Notes: generated from the sequence alone by a model not told the origin. Positions 37,666 through 50,774 are shown, numbered from the whole stretch's first letter. The stretch is DNA of 63,972 nucleotides, filler included, from Octopus bimaculoides (GCF_001194135.2; 6 parts of 6 records of this genome joined end to end with filler, not necessarily neighbours in it); one strand, 5' to 3'. Translations and numbers: made by a program.

Positions 37666-38123
37666 CCGTCCAGGGGGAACAACCACGCGCTCTTCTGTAC
37701 CAACAGACGCTACGATCGCGACCGTACCTGTACGCCCGTTGTATTTGGGTGGGGCGGTGCCACCGGGGCCGCCAGGTAGCCGTGCCGGTCCGGGATCGAT
37801 GCCGATGCAGATCCTCAGCAACCAGTTGCGGGCCGGCGCCGAGTTGGTCGGCTCATGCTCCGAGGGCAGTCCCGACCGTGACCAGTCCCAAGGGGTGGAG
37901 TTTCGCTCTACTCGGGATGTCCCACTAGCATCGCGAGCCTCGGCCTTTCGCGCAGCGAGGAACGGTTTGGTACCTTTGGTTACCCCTTTACGAGAGGGAC
38001 GGACGCGGGCTGGGTGAGAGCCATCACGAGCCGCCCCTCCCTCTAGGGGCATAAGCTCTCTCACCACGACAAGGTAGTACCGGGTACCGCCTGAAGATCG
38101 TAATAGGGGCTACCTTAAGAGAG
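37666..38123 (-). mobile_element. GC-rich 5' end of a retroelement, probably RTE clade
   Basis: Sharp GC/CpG-rich island; ACCTTGTCGTGGTGAGAGAGCTT resembles the 5' motif I recall from RTE/BovB-type LINEs; truncated by the join. Confidence 0.5.
37969..38123 (-). ncRNA. Candidate HDV-like (CPEB3-type) self-cleaving ribozyme
   Basis: P1 CUCUCUU/GAGAGAG; P2 GGUACU/GGUACC; P3 ACC/GGU; L3 UUGUCGU; P1.1 G-C; long P4; J4/2 CAAA. Confidence 0.65.
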
Positions 38124-40026
38124 GTGAATAAAATACTGAAAGAAATGAAGACAAATAATATAAACGAAATGAATAGATCGATTAAAGCCTGCATCATCTA
38201 CATAGGAATTAAAGTAGGTCTCGAACCACACCGTAAATGTGGGAATGAAGGAAAAGAACTTTGTCTGAAAAAAAGAATAAAACAATCAACGAACGAACTA
38301 CGTTAAGATATCAACAACTCTGAAAGAAAGAAAAAAAGGTGAAATCAAGAGAGAGGAGAAATATCAGGAACTAGAACGTACATATAGGATGAAGAAAAAG
38401 AGCCTAAATGTAGTTCTTGAAGAGCTGAAACAAAGACTGCAGGTTAAAGAGACAAAGATCAAAAGATATGACCACAGAATTGAACAATATAAAATCAACA
38501 GATTGTTCCAACAAGACCAGAAAAGGGTTTATCAACAACTGAATTGAAAGGATAACAGCTGTGAGAGACCAGACGCTGAAGAAAGTAAAAGGTTTTGGAG
38601 TAACATCTGGGATAATGGAAGAAAGCATAACAAATATTCTAAATGGTTGAAGGAATTCAGGTCGGAAAAATATGAAGTTAAATAGAGCAATATTAGAATG
38701 ACGATTGAAATGGCTACCAGGCAGACAACTAAGATTTTCCTAGGATTGGATGGGATAAATTTCCCAGCACTACACAAAAGTATAGCCACACAAATGGATA
38801 AAATTATCAACAACGGTGTACAAATCCCAAAGTGACTGACCACAGGTGAAACAATTTTCTTTTGGAGTAGATAATTACCGGCCTATCACCTGTCTGCTCC
38901 TAATGTGGAAGCTGATGATAGGAATAACATCTACTTATGTGTATAACTTCTTGGAAATGAATGACAAATTGCCAGTGGAGCAGAAATGGTGCAAAAGGAA
39001 AAGCCGAAAGCAAAAGACCAACTTCTGATATACAGAATGGTACAGAACAACTGCAAAAGAAAGACTTACTAATCTGGGCATGGCGTGTATCGATTGTAAG
39101 AAAGCGTATGATATGTTCCCCATTCCTGGATTTTTAGAAAGTCTTGAGTTGGTACAGGTGTCTGTTAACATACGAAATTTTATTAGGAGATCAATGAAAG
39201 ACTGGAATACAGAGTTAACTTTATGTGGAAAATGTTTGGCGAGGGTTTACATCAAGAGAAGCATATTTCAAGGAGACAGCCTATTATCATTGTTGTTTGT
39301 GAGTTGTACGATACCCCTCACACAGATACAATGGAAAATGACATCAGGGTACACCTTGAAAGGTGGAGGAAATTTAAATCATCTGTTATATATGGATGAC
39401 TTAAAGATTTTTGGGAAGACCGAACGTGAAATGAATGGCCTACTCTCAACAGTGCAGATATTCAGTAAGGATATCGGAATGAAATGTGGGACTACAAAGT
39501 GTGGTATGCTTATAATACGAAGAGGCAAACTAGAAAAGTGATGACAATTAACAAGAGACGACACCCCAAAGCGATACTGACAGACTTTATGTGCCTAGAA
39601 ACAGGGCTGGAAGAGGTTTCATAGGATGCAAGATCTGTGTTGTCAACGAGAAGAACAGTTTGGAATGGTATATCAAACAGCAGAGTGAATTCTTGCTTAC
39701 CGCTGTTAGAATTAACAATACAATACCTACCGAAAATGTGATGCACCCACAAAAATTTAAGAAACAAGATGAAGAAAGAGTAAACAACAGGAAAATGAAA
39801 CCACTGCATGAGCAATACCTCAGAGAGTTCGAAGGTAAAAACAAGATCAACATTTGGAGATGGCTAAGACAAAGTGATCTGAAAGAATGCACTGAGGTAT
39901 TGATAGGCAGCGCCTAGGAACAAGCTCTGAGAGCTAATTACATCAAGTTCCAAATAGATAAAAGTAGCGAATCGCCCCTTTGTAGGATGCGTGGCAGCAG
40001 ATATGAAACAATGCACTGCTCTCTCA
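38124..40026 (+). mobile_element. Decayed R4/Dong-like LINE (RT + CCHC start)
   Basis: DNYRPITCLLLMWKL, IDCKKAYDM, IFQGDSL, YMDDLKIF, QEQALRANYIK..CRM; many stops and frameshifts. Confidence 0.9.
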
Positions 40027-40098
40027 ATAATAATAATAATAATAATAATAATGATAATAATAATAATAATAATAATGATGATGATGATGATGATGATG

Positions 40099-40166
<68 letters not shown>
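40027..40166. repeat. (AAT)n/(GAT)n microsatellite
   Basis: Visible in sequence. Confidence 0.95.
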
Positions 40167-40167
<1 letters not shown>

Positions 40168-40426
40168 TGCTAAAGNNNNNNNNNNNNNNNNNNNNNNNNN
40201 NNNNNNNNNNNNNNNNNNNNNNNNNNNNNNNNNNNNNNNNNNNNNNNNNNNNNNNNNNNNNNNNNNNNNNNNNNNNNNNNNNNNNNNNNNNNNNNNNNNN
40301 NNNNNNNNNNNNNNNNNNNNNNNNNNNNNNNNNNNNNNNNNNNNNNNNNNNNNNNNNNNNNNNNNNNNNNNNNNNNNNNNNNNNNNNNNNNNNNNNNNNN
40401 NNNNNNNNNNNNNNNNNNNNNNNNNN

Positions 40427-40703
40427 CTCGAATGTGGAATCTAAAAACAGAAACAATTCCTATCAGAGTAGGTGCCTTAGGTATAATAAAAAAAATATTC
40501 AGACAAATACATAACAAAAACACCAGGACTTACAAATATATATAACATACAGAAAATTGCACTACTGGGTACTGCACACATTCTACGCAAAACACTTTCA
40601 ATACAGTAAACATAAGAGCACCACAGCAAACCACAGCACATACCCAAGGCGCACAGAGCTGCGCTCGGTAGTGAAGTGAAAGCACGTTATAAAAGTAAAA
40701 CTA

Positions 40704-40772
<69 letters not shown>
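40427..40772 (+). mobile_element. 3' end of a second R4/Dong-like LINE with (AAT)n tail
   Basis: RMWNLKTETIPIRVGALG...IQKIALLGTAHILRKTLSIQ*, short UTR, (aat)n. Confidence 0.85.
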
Positions 40773-40773
<1 letters not shown>

Positions 40774-40781
40774 TGCTAAAG

Positions 40782-41690
40782 CTCGTAGACAATCACGAGA
40801 GGCATAAGGAGTTTCATTCTGTTATAAAGAAGACCCAAAATTTGCTATTGAAGTCATGCATGATACCTAGGGTGAACAACCTGAGAGAAGTTCGGCAAAT
40901 GTTGCAAAGAATTTGAAATTAATGGCAAAGAGAAAAGTGCGCGAGCAGTTGGTTGATGGGTGAGAAGAGATACCTCGGCAAAGCAAATATATGGCCCGTA
41001 GGAAACAAGGTGATGTAATCCAGGAGCACAACCGTCAGTGGCTACGGATCTCAAGGCCAAAGGTGGAGAGTGAAGGTTTCACCTTAGCTGCTCAAGATTA
41101 GAACTTATTGAACCGGACCTACCAAGCGAATGCGATGAAAATTGGAGTAGATTCTGCAATGATGTTATTGAAGCAGTGGAGAATAAAATATTTGGAGGGA
41201 AAGGATTGGCACCAGTGGAGTATAGTTGAAGGCAAGACAGATTTGTCCAATATATACACTAGTTAAAATATCGGTTAAAATGTTGAGAAATGGTATAAGC
41301 GCCACCCTGGGGCTGTAACTGAGGGAGAAAATATAACAACTCTTTGGGACTTTTCAGTACATACAGACAGAACCATCAAAGCTAATAAAGTGGTTATTGT
41401 GAAAGACCAAAACAATAAAGTTTGTTTATTGATTGACATGAGTATTCCTTGTGACATATCACGGAAAAAGAATTTGACAAACTCAGAAATAAGGATTTGT
41501 TCATTGAAACTGAAAAAAAGTGACATCACAAGATGTTTACCGTACCACTGATTGTAGGAGCACATGAAATGATAAAAAATGAAGTGAAAATGAAAATTAT
41601 TATTATCCCTTACCATCCCTGCAAGAATTGCAAAAGATTGTCTTAACTGGTATGCGACACGTATTGAGAACATTGTCGATGTGAGAATGA
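40782..41690 (+). mobile_element. Older R4/Dong-like LINE 3' fragment
   Basis: EGFTLAAQD, LWDFSVHTDRTIKANK, CLLIDMSIPCD, LQELQKIVLTG remnants. Confidence 0.8.
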
Positions 41691-43409
41691 TTACAACTCA
41701 CATATGTTAATTTTTTGTTCCTACAACTTCATTTCATTTTGAAAATGATGAATCTGGTGTGTTCCGTGTAATGGCTTATCAATATACAGAGTGAGTTTTT
41801 TTTCGTCATAGGAAGTCGGGAAGATACATGGCAAGAAATTGACACAAAACTGAAAGAACAATTCATAATAATAATAATTTCTGTTTACTGCTAAAGTGAC
41901 GGATGTGATGTTATTACAAAGTCAAGTTGGAAAACGGTGGGAGTGTTTATACAAAACTCTATATGAAAGAACTGACATGAGAAATTACAGATGAAAAGAA
42001 GTGAAACATGCCAATATGGTAACAGACAACTAAGATTAACACATTTTGGATGACGATATCTGTCAAATCTAGTTGTTTTCCTGCTGAATTCTCTGGTGCA
42101 TGATGAATCCTGCTATGCTTTCTACTTTCATCCACCTTCCAACAATTTCACCGAAGAGGGAAAATCTAGAGGTCAACATTTCCTTATCGAACCTCACTTT
42201 CCTTTCTAAGTTAAAGTTGAAGAAGTTGATGAGTATTTAGCGGAATAAGATTTTGATTTTAATCTTTTTAATGTGCTCCAACATAAACCTCTTTTGCCAT
42301 AGTTACTGGGCAGGCATGAAGTACTCTGTCCAGCTGCAGAGCAGCTGTAAAACCATTTTCGTGATGGAATTAGCTTGCAGTTTGCTCTACCTTTTATACT
42401 GTTCAACAAAACTACACAAGTTACTAATTCTTGGATATTGAATGAGAGTGCATACAACGGTTTGGTCACTCTGCACACAAATCAGATTGAAATTCTGTAG
42501 ACATGATATCAGAATATCCAGCTTAGAAATGTTTGAATGTTGTCCGTAGTCCTAGGGATGAATGCTTTCCGAAATAAACTTTTCAATTATTCTTTACGAA
42601 CGTATATGCACCTGTACACCGTCGCTGATGTCTACTGTATAATGCTTTATAGAATAAAGGGTTGACATTACCTGCAAACATCTACCTATATTCCAGATGC
42701 AAGGTGCCAAAACCTGGTCTTCACTTAACAGAGAACTGCATCTCATCAAAATGTTGAGACACTGGAAATCATTCTTTAATGTCAACACCCCAGTCTTTAG
42801 CGCTCCCACCTCCTCAACTACTGAAGCCACTTTAGCTTGGTATTGGCATAGTCATAATCTAAAGGGTAAATCATTTGATTATAGTGCATGACTCTTGAAT
42901 AGTCAATCATGAAAAAGATCAAGAATATTGACACAGAGGAATGTTAGATATTACAAATGGTAATTTGTCATTCCATAAATGTATCTTAGCAAAGTGTTTG
43001 ACATTTCTGAGAAAAGGTTAACTATTTGTCAGAATCAAATGTAGAGCGGATTCAACACCGCCACCCATTTCAGTTCACAGTTTAGAGAATTTTGGCTAAA
43101 TCAATATGTTAATGCGGCTTATTTGTTATATATATACTTACAGATTAATAAGAGCGGCCGACCAACAGAAAGTACAACAACGAACAAATTTGTTTTCCGC
43201 TAATCAGTTAAATTTTCCCAAGCTCTGATTTCAAATCTAGCTGTGATCAATTTTCTCTTTTGTCCATCTGAGACTGATTAAAGGAAGTTTTGTGCAAGAA
43301 GATTTTCCATTTCTTTCTAGACATACTTTCGTATATTCTAAATCAAGACAACAACTGCATCAATCACGAGCTTGAACAATCATATGAAATCTTATACCAC
43401 ATCTCCCTA

Positions 43410-43507
<98 letters not shown>

Positions 43508-43702
43508 TTTTCTGTCAATATACCTACCTACCTACCTNNNNNNNNNNATGTTAATAGTTACCAGAGGTAGCAAAATTACACTAGAAACCAAGATATCACA
43601 GCCGTTTTACAGGTAGAGATACCAAGTTAAAGTGATACATTTTGAGAAGATATGAATAATAATAATAAATGGAGCAAAACGAATATAAATAAAAGTTCCT
43701 TT

Positions 43703-43793
43703 AATTCCTACACATGTTTCAAAATATATGAGAGCCCTTCTACAAAGAAGTAAGAGCTGCTGGAATTCCTCATATATTCATCTTCAGGGAATC
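43703..43793 (-). ncRNA. Type I hammerhead-like motif (Penelope-style terminus)
   Basis: Stem I GAUUCC/GGAAUU, CUGAAGA, stem II AAUAUAUGAG/CUCAUAUAUU, GAAA, stem III AC/GU, GUA triplet. Confidence 0.5.
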
Positions 43794-44801
43794 AACATAT
43801 AAAAGCAAGACAAATACGAAATGATGAGGTAACTTACGAGCTTAGATGTTACATGGTCAAGTGACCGTTAGAACGTTTGTTTACATAAAGATATAAAGGG
43901 ATCAAAAATATTATTCCATGGGCGTTAGGAGTAAGAACGCTTGTTTACATAGAGGTATAAAGGGAGGGGTTGTAAACGTGATGCTAAAGGTTTAAATTAA
44001 ATGAATGATTGAAATGTGGGGAGGAAGACAAATATGTTACAGTACAGAAAAATTGAAAGAGCGTGAGCTAATTGCTAAGTCAAAAATGGAGGAAGGGAGA
44101 GAACGAAGGGAGTACATCAAATTAAATATATACTATATAAGGAAAACTAATTACATATTTTATATGAAGTGAAGAAAGTGAATAAAAATAAAACATCATA
44201 GCCTAGTAATATATTATATTATTATATTATTATACGGATATTAACGTTAGTTAATGGTAAAACAAAGTACAGGATATTTATTGGAGAAGTAATAATGATA
44301 ATAATGTACACGTTTACAAGAAGATTAGAAATACTTAGTTGAAGTCACCGAAGGCACGAGCAACAACCTGTGTGGCATTACTAAGAATAATTTACTTAGC
44401 TAACTGTAGAAGGGGAAAATAAAGAACTAGTGGTGATTGAGGCAAATATATATATATATNNNNNNNNNNNNNNNNNNNNNNNNNNNNNNNNNNNNNNNNN
44501 NNNNNNNNNNNNNNNNNNNNNNNNNNNNNNNNNNNNNNNNNNNNNNNNNNNNNNNNNNNNNNNNNNNNNNNNNNNNNNNNNNNNNNNNNNNNNNNNNNNN
44601 NNNNNNNNNNNNNNNNNNNNNNNNNNNNNNNNNNNNNNNNNNNNNNNNNNNNNNNNNNNNNNNNNNNNNNNNNNNNNNNNNNNNNNNNNNNNNNNNNNNN
44701 NNNNNNNNNNNNNNNNNNNNNNNNNNNNNNNNNNNNNNNNNNNNNNNNNNNNNNNNNNNNNNNNNNNNNNNNNNNNNNNNNNNNNNNNNNNNNNNNNNNN
44801 N

Positions 44802-44836
<35 letters not shown>

Positions 44837-44978
44837 ATATACACATACACACACATATATATATATATATAAATATATACACACACACATATACACACCT
44901 ACACATACACATATGCACACATACGCACTCCTATACATACATTCCTGTATATATACATTCCTGTATATATACATACAT

Positions 44979-45016
<38 letters not shown>

Positions 45017-45366
45017 ACATACACACATATGCATATATATATATATACATATATGTGTTTTGTTGAAGATTATAAAAAATATTAAGATTAATAACATACT
45101 GATTTGAAACGAAGAATGTAAACATGATAAATGAAACACCATTACACTGTGATATATTAATATACTGATGTTAGCGCTAATCAATGGAAGAACGAGGTAC
45201 AGGGTATTTTGTAGAGAAATAATAATAATAACAACAATATACATGCTTATAAGGAGAAGGTCGGATATAAGGCAAAGCAACTAGTGGTACAAAGCAACTC
45301 AGGTAGTAATTACTGGGAAGGAAATTAGTTAATCAACTATAGAAGGGAAAAAGGCAAGTTACAGTG

Positions 45367-45404
<38 letters not shown>

Positions 45405-45739
45405 GATGTGGATATTAATAATAATAATAATAATAATAATATTTGACAAGTTAAAATAATGGTCATTACATATAATTCCTTTATTATAGCAAATTTGGCT
45501 TACAGCTGTTTCCAGTAGTCATATAGATTGGTTGACTCGATTGGTCTATTGATCAACTGAGGTAAATTGAAAGACCTAAGATAATTAATGATACCTTCGG
45601 CAGAGCCATTACAGGAAGTAAGAAACAGAGCACTTGAAGAATGTCTAATGTCTATTGTATTGGGAAAGTGGGGTAAGATTTGGATGTTTAATTAGAAAAT
45701 GTAAAAACTAGTTACAATGGGATTGTAGCAATTGAGCGA

Positions 45740-46035
45740 GTGGTACATATAGTGCGCATCATGGTCATCGCTTGGCTGTAAAACCAAAGAAACCATTCAA
45801 AGTCTAGCTGAAGACTAGTCTGAAGATCAACATCAACCCTTTAAGCGTGAACAGCATCTTTATAAACTGTTTATTTTGACGTTGTTGCAGCTGGAGTTGG
45901 GTGGATTACTGCCAGCAGAAATGTAAAAAATAGGCATAGTCGCCGATAAATACCTAACCTTCCATCACAGACATTCACATGTTCCTTCTGTAACCGAAGC
46001 TGCTCATCAAGAATTGCTATATGCAGTCATGAAAC
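45740..46035 (+). mobile_element. RTE-BovB-like LINE C-terminal remnant
   Basis: GHRLAVKPKKPFKV*LKTSLK and TFTCSFCNRSCSSRIAICSH zinc finger. Confidence 0.65.
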
Positions 46036-46302
46036 AATTTTCAATTCAAGAAAGTGATAATCATTAAATTTAATGTTCAACCATAAATTGTAGGAAAGCA
46101 TGTGTATCCGTGCATGTATATGTGTATGTGTTTGTGTAAGCATGTTTGGGCGGGTGTGCAACAGAAATATGGAAATATTAAAGTGACCGCTTGAGTTGGA
46201 AATATAGAATTATTAGTTCTAAAACCTTCCAGTGAAATTAATTGTACTTGCGATGTTCTCAGTAGGATTTTCAAAATGAACGTAAATTAAGAAATAATCG
46301 AA

Positions 46303-46530
46303 GGTGTGGTAAGTAGCTTGCTTACGAACCACATGGTTCTGGGTTCAGTCCCACTGCGTGGCACCTTGGGCAAGTGTCTTCTACTATAGCCTCAGGCAGA
46401 CCAAAGCCTTGTGAGTGGGTTTGGTAGACGGAAACTGAAAGAAGCCCGTCGTATATANNNNNNNNNNNNNNNNNNNNNNNNNNNNNNNNNNNNNNNNNNN
46501 NNNNNNNNNNNNNNNNNNNNNNNNNNNNNN

Positions 46531-46563
<33 letters not shown>

Positions 46564-46740
46564 TTATCTGTCTGTGTCTGTCCCCCAACATCGCTTGACA
46601 ACCGATGCTGGTGTGTTTACGTCCCCGAAACGTAGCGGTTCGGCTTACAAAGAATAAGTCCTGGGGCCGATTTGCTCGACTAAAGGCGGTGCTCCAGCAT
46701 GGCCGCAGTCAGATGACTGAAACAAGTAAAAGAGTAAAAC
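46303..46740 (+). mobile_element. SINE family A (gap in the internal microsatellite)
   Basis: Head, body and tail match other copies. Confidence 0.9.
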
Positions 46741-47870
46741 AGTATCCTATTCATGGAAATTGTTTTGATTAACGAATGGTCAGAGGAAGACAGATATGGT
46801 GTATAATGTAAGTATTCCCAGGTTTGTTTTCATATATTTGATGTTTATCTCGAACATACGAAGGTCAATACTGAAAGAGAAAATATATGAATTAAAGGAA
46901 TCCAAGTCAGCCTCTGTACTCGGGTGTTTGATTGCAGAGGTGTTTCCAGTATGGAGTCTTTCAGATGAAACTCTGTAAACGAAACGAGAATAAGCAAGAT
47001 TGGAAAATAGGTGGAGTAGGTATACTAATAGCTTGTTCATAGGCACAAACACATTCGTTGTAGCACAAGAACTCAGAAAGCCTCATGTCTGTAAACTAAT
47101 AGCTGTATAGTGTGTGCATGTGTGTGTGTATATCTTTAGTGATTACTCGAATGTCCGGCCTTCTTTTAGATACAACCGAGGATATTAGGATTCGAACAGA
47201 TGCTTTGTTCTTAGATGTGAGAGGCATTCAGGCCTGAGTCTTAGTTGAATTAACATAAATACAGCAAAAATCTCGCCAAAATGAACAGTATTCTTTATTT
47301 CTCAGACAACTTTTTGTTTTCTTATTACTTGTTTCAGTTATTAGGCTGCGGCCACAGTACTAATTTTTTTAAAGCCTGGTACTTATGCTACACAACGAGA
47401 CAAAGAGGACGACAAAAGAGAAATTACAAACGAGCAGGAACACGAAATAATGTCATAAGTAACATAAGTTGCTAGAGTCCAGCAAAGGAATTTACCTGGC
47501 TGGCAGAGAACACTTTCAGAACAAGAAGCACTTTTAGGAGGCAGAGAAAAATTTATGGATACTGCAACTTGCCATGAGTTGTTGATTCCGAACAATGCGA
47601 CTAAAAAGTTGGTACTTACGAGCATCATTAGGAAACATTTGCAAATAAGTAACGAAAACGAAATTTAGATGATTGCAAATTTTCCTTTCACTATATTGCA
47701 CACTTTGACGTCACTCACCCCTCGACATCATTTACTCATTAGTATTTCAACATATTCTTATTTATTCCTATATAAATTTCCCTACAAATAATGTTATGCA
47801 TATACATTGTAGTATATGTGAAGGCGTGTGGCTTAGTGGTTAGGGGGTAGCGCTTACGGTCACACGGTCA

Positions 47871-48105
47871 CAAGATTGGGCCAAAAGTAGGTATACACTT
47901 TTTAAATTAACTTATTTATTTTTTTACAGTTATCGTGAATAATGGCAAATAATTTGAGTAAAGAAAGTGGATGCTGCAATGCTGGGGGTGGTAATTTTGA
48001 GGATTTATGAGAGTCGTATTTTATAAACGTAATTGTAATAAATAAGTGTAAATGCATTAAAATGAACAAAATTTTCAAATATATACCTAATTTTGGCCTA
48101 TCCTG
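47871..48105. mobile_element. Tc1/mariner-type MITE abutting a truncated tRNA-SINE head (47820-47870)
   Basis: Imperfect TIR caagattgggccaaaagtaggtataca / tatatacctaattttggcctatcctg; TA on the right. Confidence 0.65.
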
Positions 48106-48169
48106 TATATGTATATGTATTCGTTTATGTAATTGGTTTGCGAGATTCTTGACATGAAATAGTGTTTGG

Positions 48170-48330
48170 AAACAGATATTTTTATATTTGGGGATGGTAA
48201 TTTTTTACATATTAAACACATGCACTGTTTATTTGATCTTCACTTTAGATTTATTATTATTATTATTAGTTCTTTCGTCACACATTCTGTGATCTCTCTA
48301 GCGACTTTCTGCCCCAAGTCTCTCCTCTTT
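48170..48330 (+). repeat. Unclassified dispersed repeat, homologous to 52270-52450
   Basis: Shared aaca(g/a)atatttttatattt...ga(t/c)ggt and tcacaca(t)tctgtga(t/c)ctctc(t/c)ag(c/t)gac. Confidence 0.45.
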
Positions 48331-48682
48331 TCCTGTTTGGAATATGTATGTATGTATGTATGTTATCAATCAGTTTTATTTCTGTATTTCTTGTCCATAG
48401 AGAAAGAGCCGGACTCTAACATAGATTCAAGGCTCCTTCATTGGAACTTTTATCAACATCATCTAGGTATTTGTGCATATGTGTGTGTGTGCAGTATTTG
48501 GTGTTAGTGTATGCGCAGATTTGTATGTCTGTTTTATGGATGCGTTTTTATGTCTAGATGCATGCATATGTATTTATGTGCTAAATTTTTGGAAAGTTTT
48601 ACATATCTTTACAGTTCCATTGATGGCTTGAATCTGTAGTCTTCTAATCAGCCTTTTTCTTTCAGGTTTTGAGAACCCTAAT

Positions 48683-48782
48683 NNNNNNNNNNNNNNNNNN
48701 NNNNNNNNNNNNNNNNNNNNNNNNNNTTAATTAATTAANNNNNNNNNNNNNNNNNNNNNNNNNNNNNNNNNNNNNNNNNNNN
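48683..48782. other. Artificial 100-bp join
   Basis: 44 N + TTAATTAATTAA + 44 N. Confidence 0.95.
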
Positions 48783-49133
48783 ATATATGTTTATTGATAC
48801 ACGTATCATATGACTTCAATATGTTGGAAATTATATATCTGCTCATCATAATTCTTTAGAAATAACTTTATTAATGCTAACAAGATTGAGATAAATTATT
48901 GTAACACATATATTATATACAGTTAATCAATTACAATCTAATTTCAATTCCAATACAAATTTTGTACATATCGTTTTAATAGTTCTATGCTTCACTTTCG
49001 CAGTAAAATCGATGAAAATATTGACTTATAACGACACTTTTAATATCTTTGTAAATTGCTTTCCAGCTGCGTCTTCATTTATCTTAGACTTATGATGTTT
49101 CTTGTATGCAGTAATCATATTTATGTTTCCGGA

Positions 49134-49210
<77 letters not shown>

Positions 49211-49660
49211 GTCTGTCTGCCTGTCAATATACATGTCTCTCTGTCTACATATACGCACACGCAGAAACACAAGTGATTTAAATAATTTGCATAAGCATAC
49301 CAAAGGGAACAATTTTGTATTTGTGCGATGTTTGCAGTTGCATTTTGTGCTTCAGATCAAGTTTCCGCAATCTTTTTTTCCCTTGCGGTACAGTTATATT
49401 CTTTTTAAAATTCGGCGGCACACCTGAACTAAAACTGTAAGTAAAAGTATAGGGAAAAATTATATTCAGGTTACAGTACGGTGCACCTAGCATCATCTCG
49501 TGTCACACCAGTGTGCCGCGTATGCTGGTTGCGGAGCACTGCTGTATAACCACTCGTTCTATTACTCTTTTCTTCCCTCTCCTCTGTGATGCGTGTGTAT
49601 TTAGATATATCTCTCCTCTCTTTCTCCTCACCAATCTCATACACACACCTACACAAACAC

Positions 49661-49701
<41 letters not shown>

Positions 49702-49904
49702 CATAAAGAGACATACGTATGCATGTATATAGAAAGGATTTCATATGTATGTACATAAGTATATATTTGTATGTTTCAATGAGTAATTTGAAAAATTGCA
49801 ACAAGTACTATATGTCGGTTTTAACCAACTAATGTGACTACATTAGGTAACCAGTCGGCATTATCATTATTTAGATGTGCATCGAAGACACCCATTAGTA
49901 TGAC

Positions 49905-50105
49905 TAGATAGCTACACGTCGGGCAAAATGCCTTGCGGCATTTCGTCCGTCTTTACGTCCTGAGTTCATATTCCGCCGAGGTTCATTTTGCCTTTCATCC
50001 TTTCGTGGTCGATTAAATAAGTATCAATTTGAGCACTAGAGTCGATATAATCGACATATCCCTTCCCACGAAATTGCTAGCCTCGTACCAAAATTCGAAA
50101 CCAAT
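49905..50105 (+). mobile_element. SINE family B
   Basis: cgggcaaaatgccttgcggcatttcgtccg hairpin, B-box, core and tail. Confidence 0.85.
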
Positions 50106-50774
50106 ATGACTGAATAGCTGGTTGTCGATGTCTTACGCTTATGTACATGCTTGTCAAAGAAGCTTATAAAGTGTATAAGTCCTTTGGTATCCCATAGGCG
50201 GTTAACTTGTATTAACGAGTTAACACCATTGTCTATACATTCAGTAAAGTTATTGTAAAATTTAATTAAAAAAAAAATCTGATAATTGTCGTAAGGACAA
50301 ATTGTAATATGTAGTACATGTTGATTATAATCATCCAAGGGAACTACTGAAAGGGGGATGGGGTTTATAATTAACATATATATATATATTTTATTCAAAC
50401 AAACCACAACACTCATTCGTTTATTTTTGCTTAACAGCTTATTTAATTGCAATCTACTTTACTAATTATTCTTATATTTTTCCGGGTTTTAAGAAGTTAT
50501 AGTGGATGAGTCAGCAGTACACCACCAAACAGTCACCATAAGCTTTTTGAAGAGATCGGGTTTAGGGAAGGTTTTCGCTGCTTCATTTTGGTCCAACCAA
50601 TGCGAAAATGTAAACAACGTTTTGAACCATGAAAAATTTTTACCGGATTTTTGCAGAGTTTAAAATTTTTAAAAACATTTTTCTTTGAAATTGTCTGATA
50701 ATACAGACTTAGTCTTGCCCAAATGCATCAATGAATTAACATTCATTTTTTCACCGTTATTACAATAATCTGAA

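Noticed and set aside
37618-38067. 149-aa ORF as a gene, or the GC island as bacterial contamination or rDNA
   Set aside because: GTG start, no domain recognised, runs into an artificial join; contiguous with host LINE sequence; no rRNA motif recognised. A retroelement 5' end explains it better.
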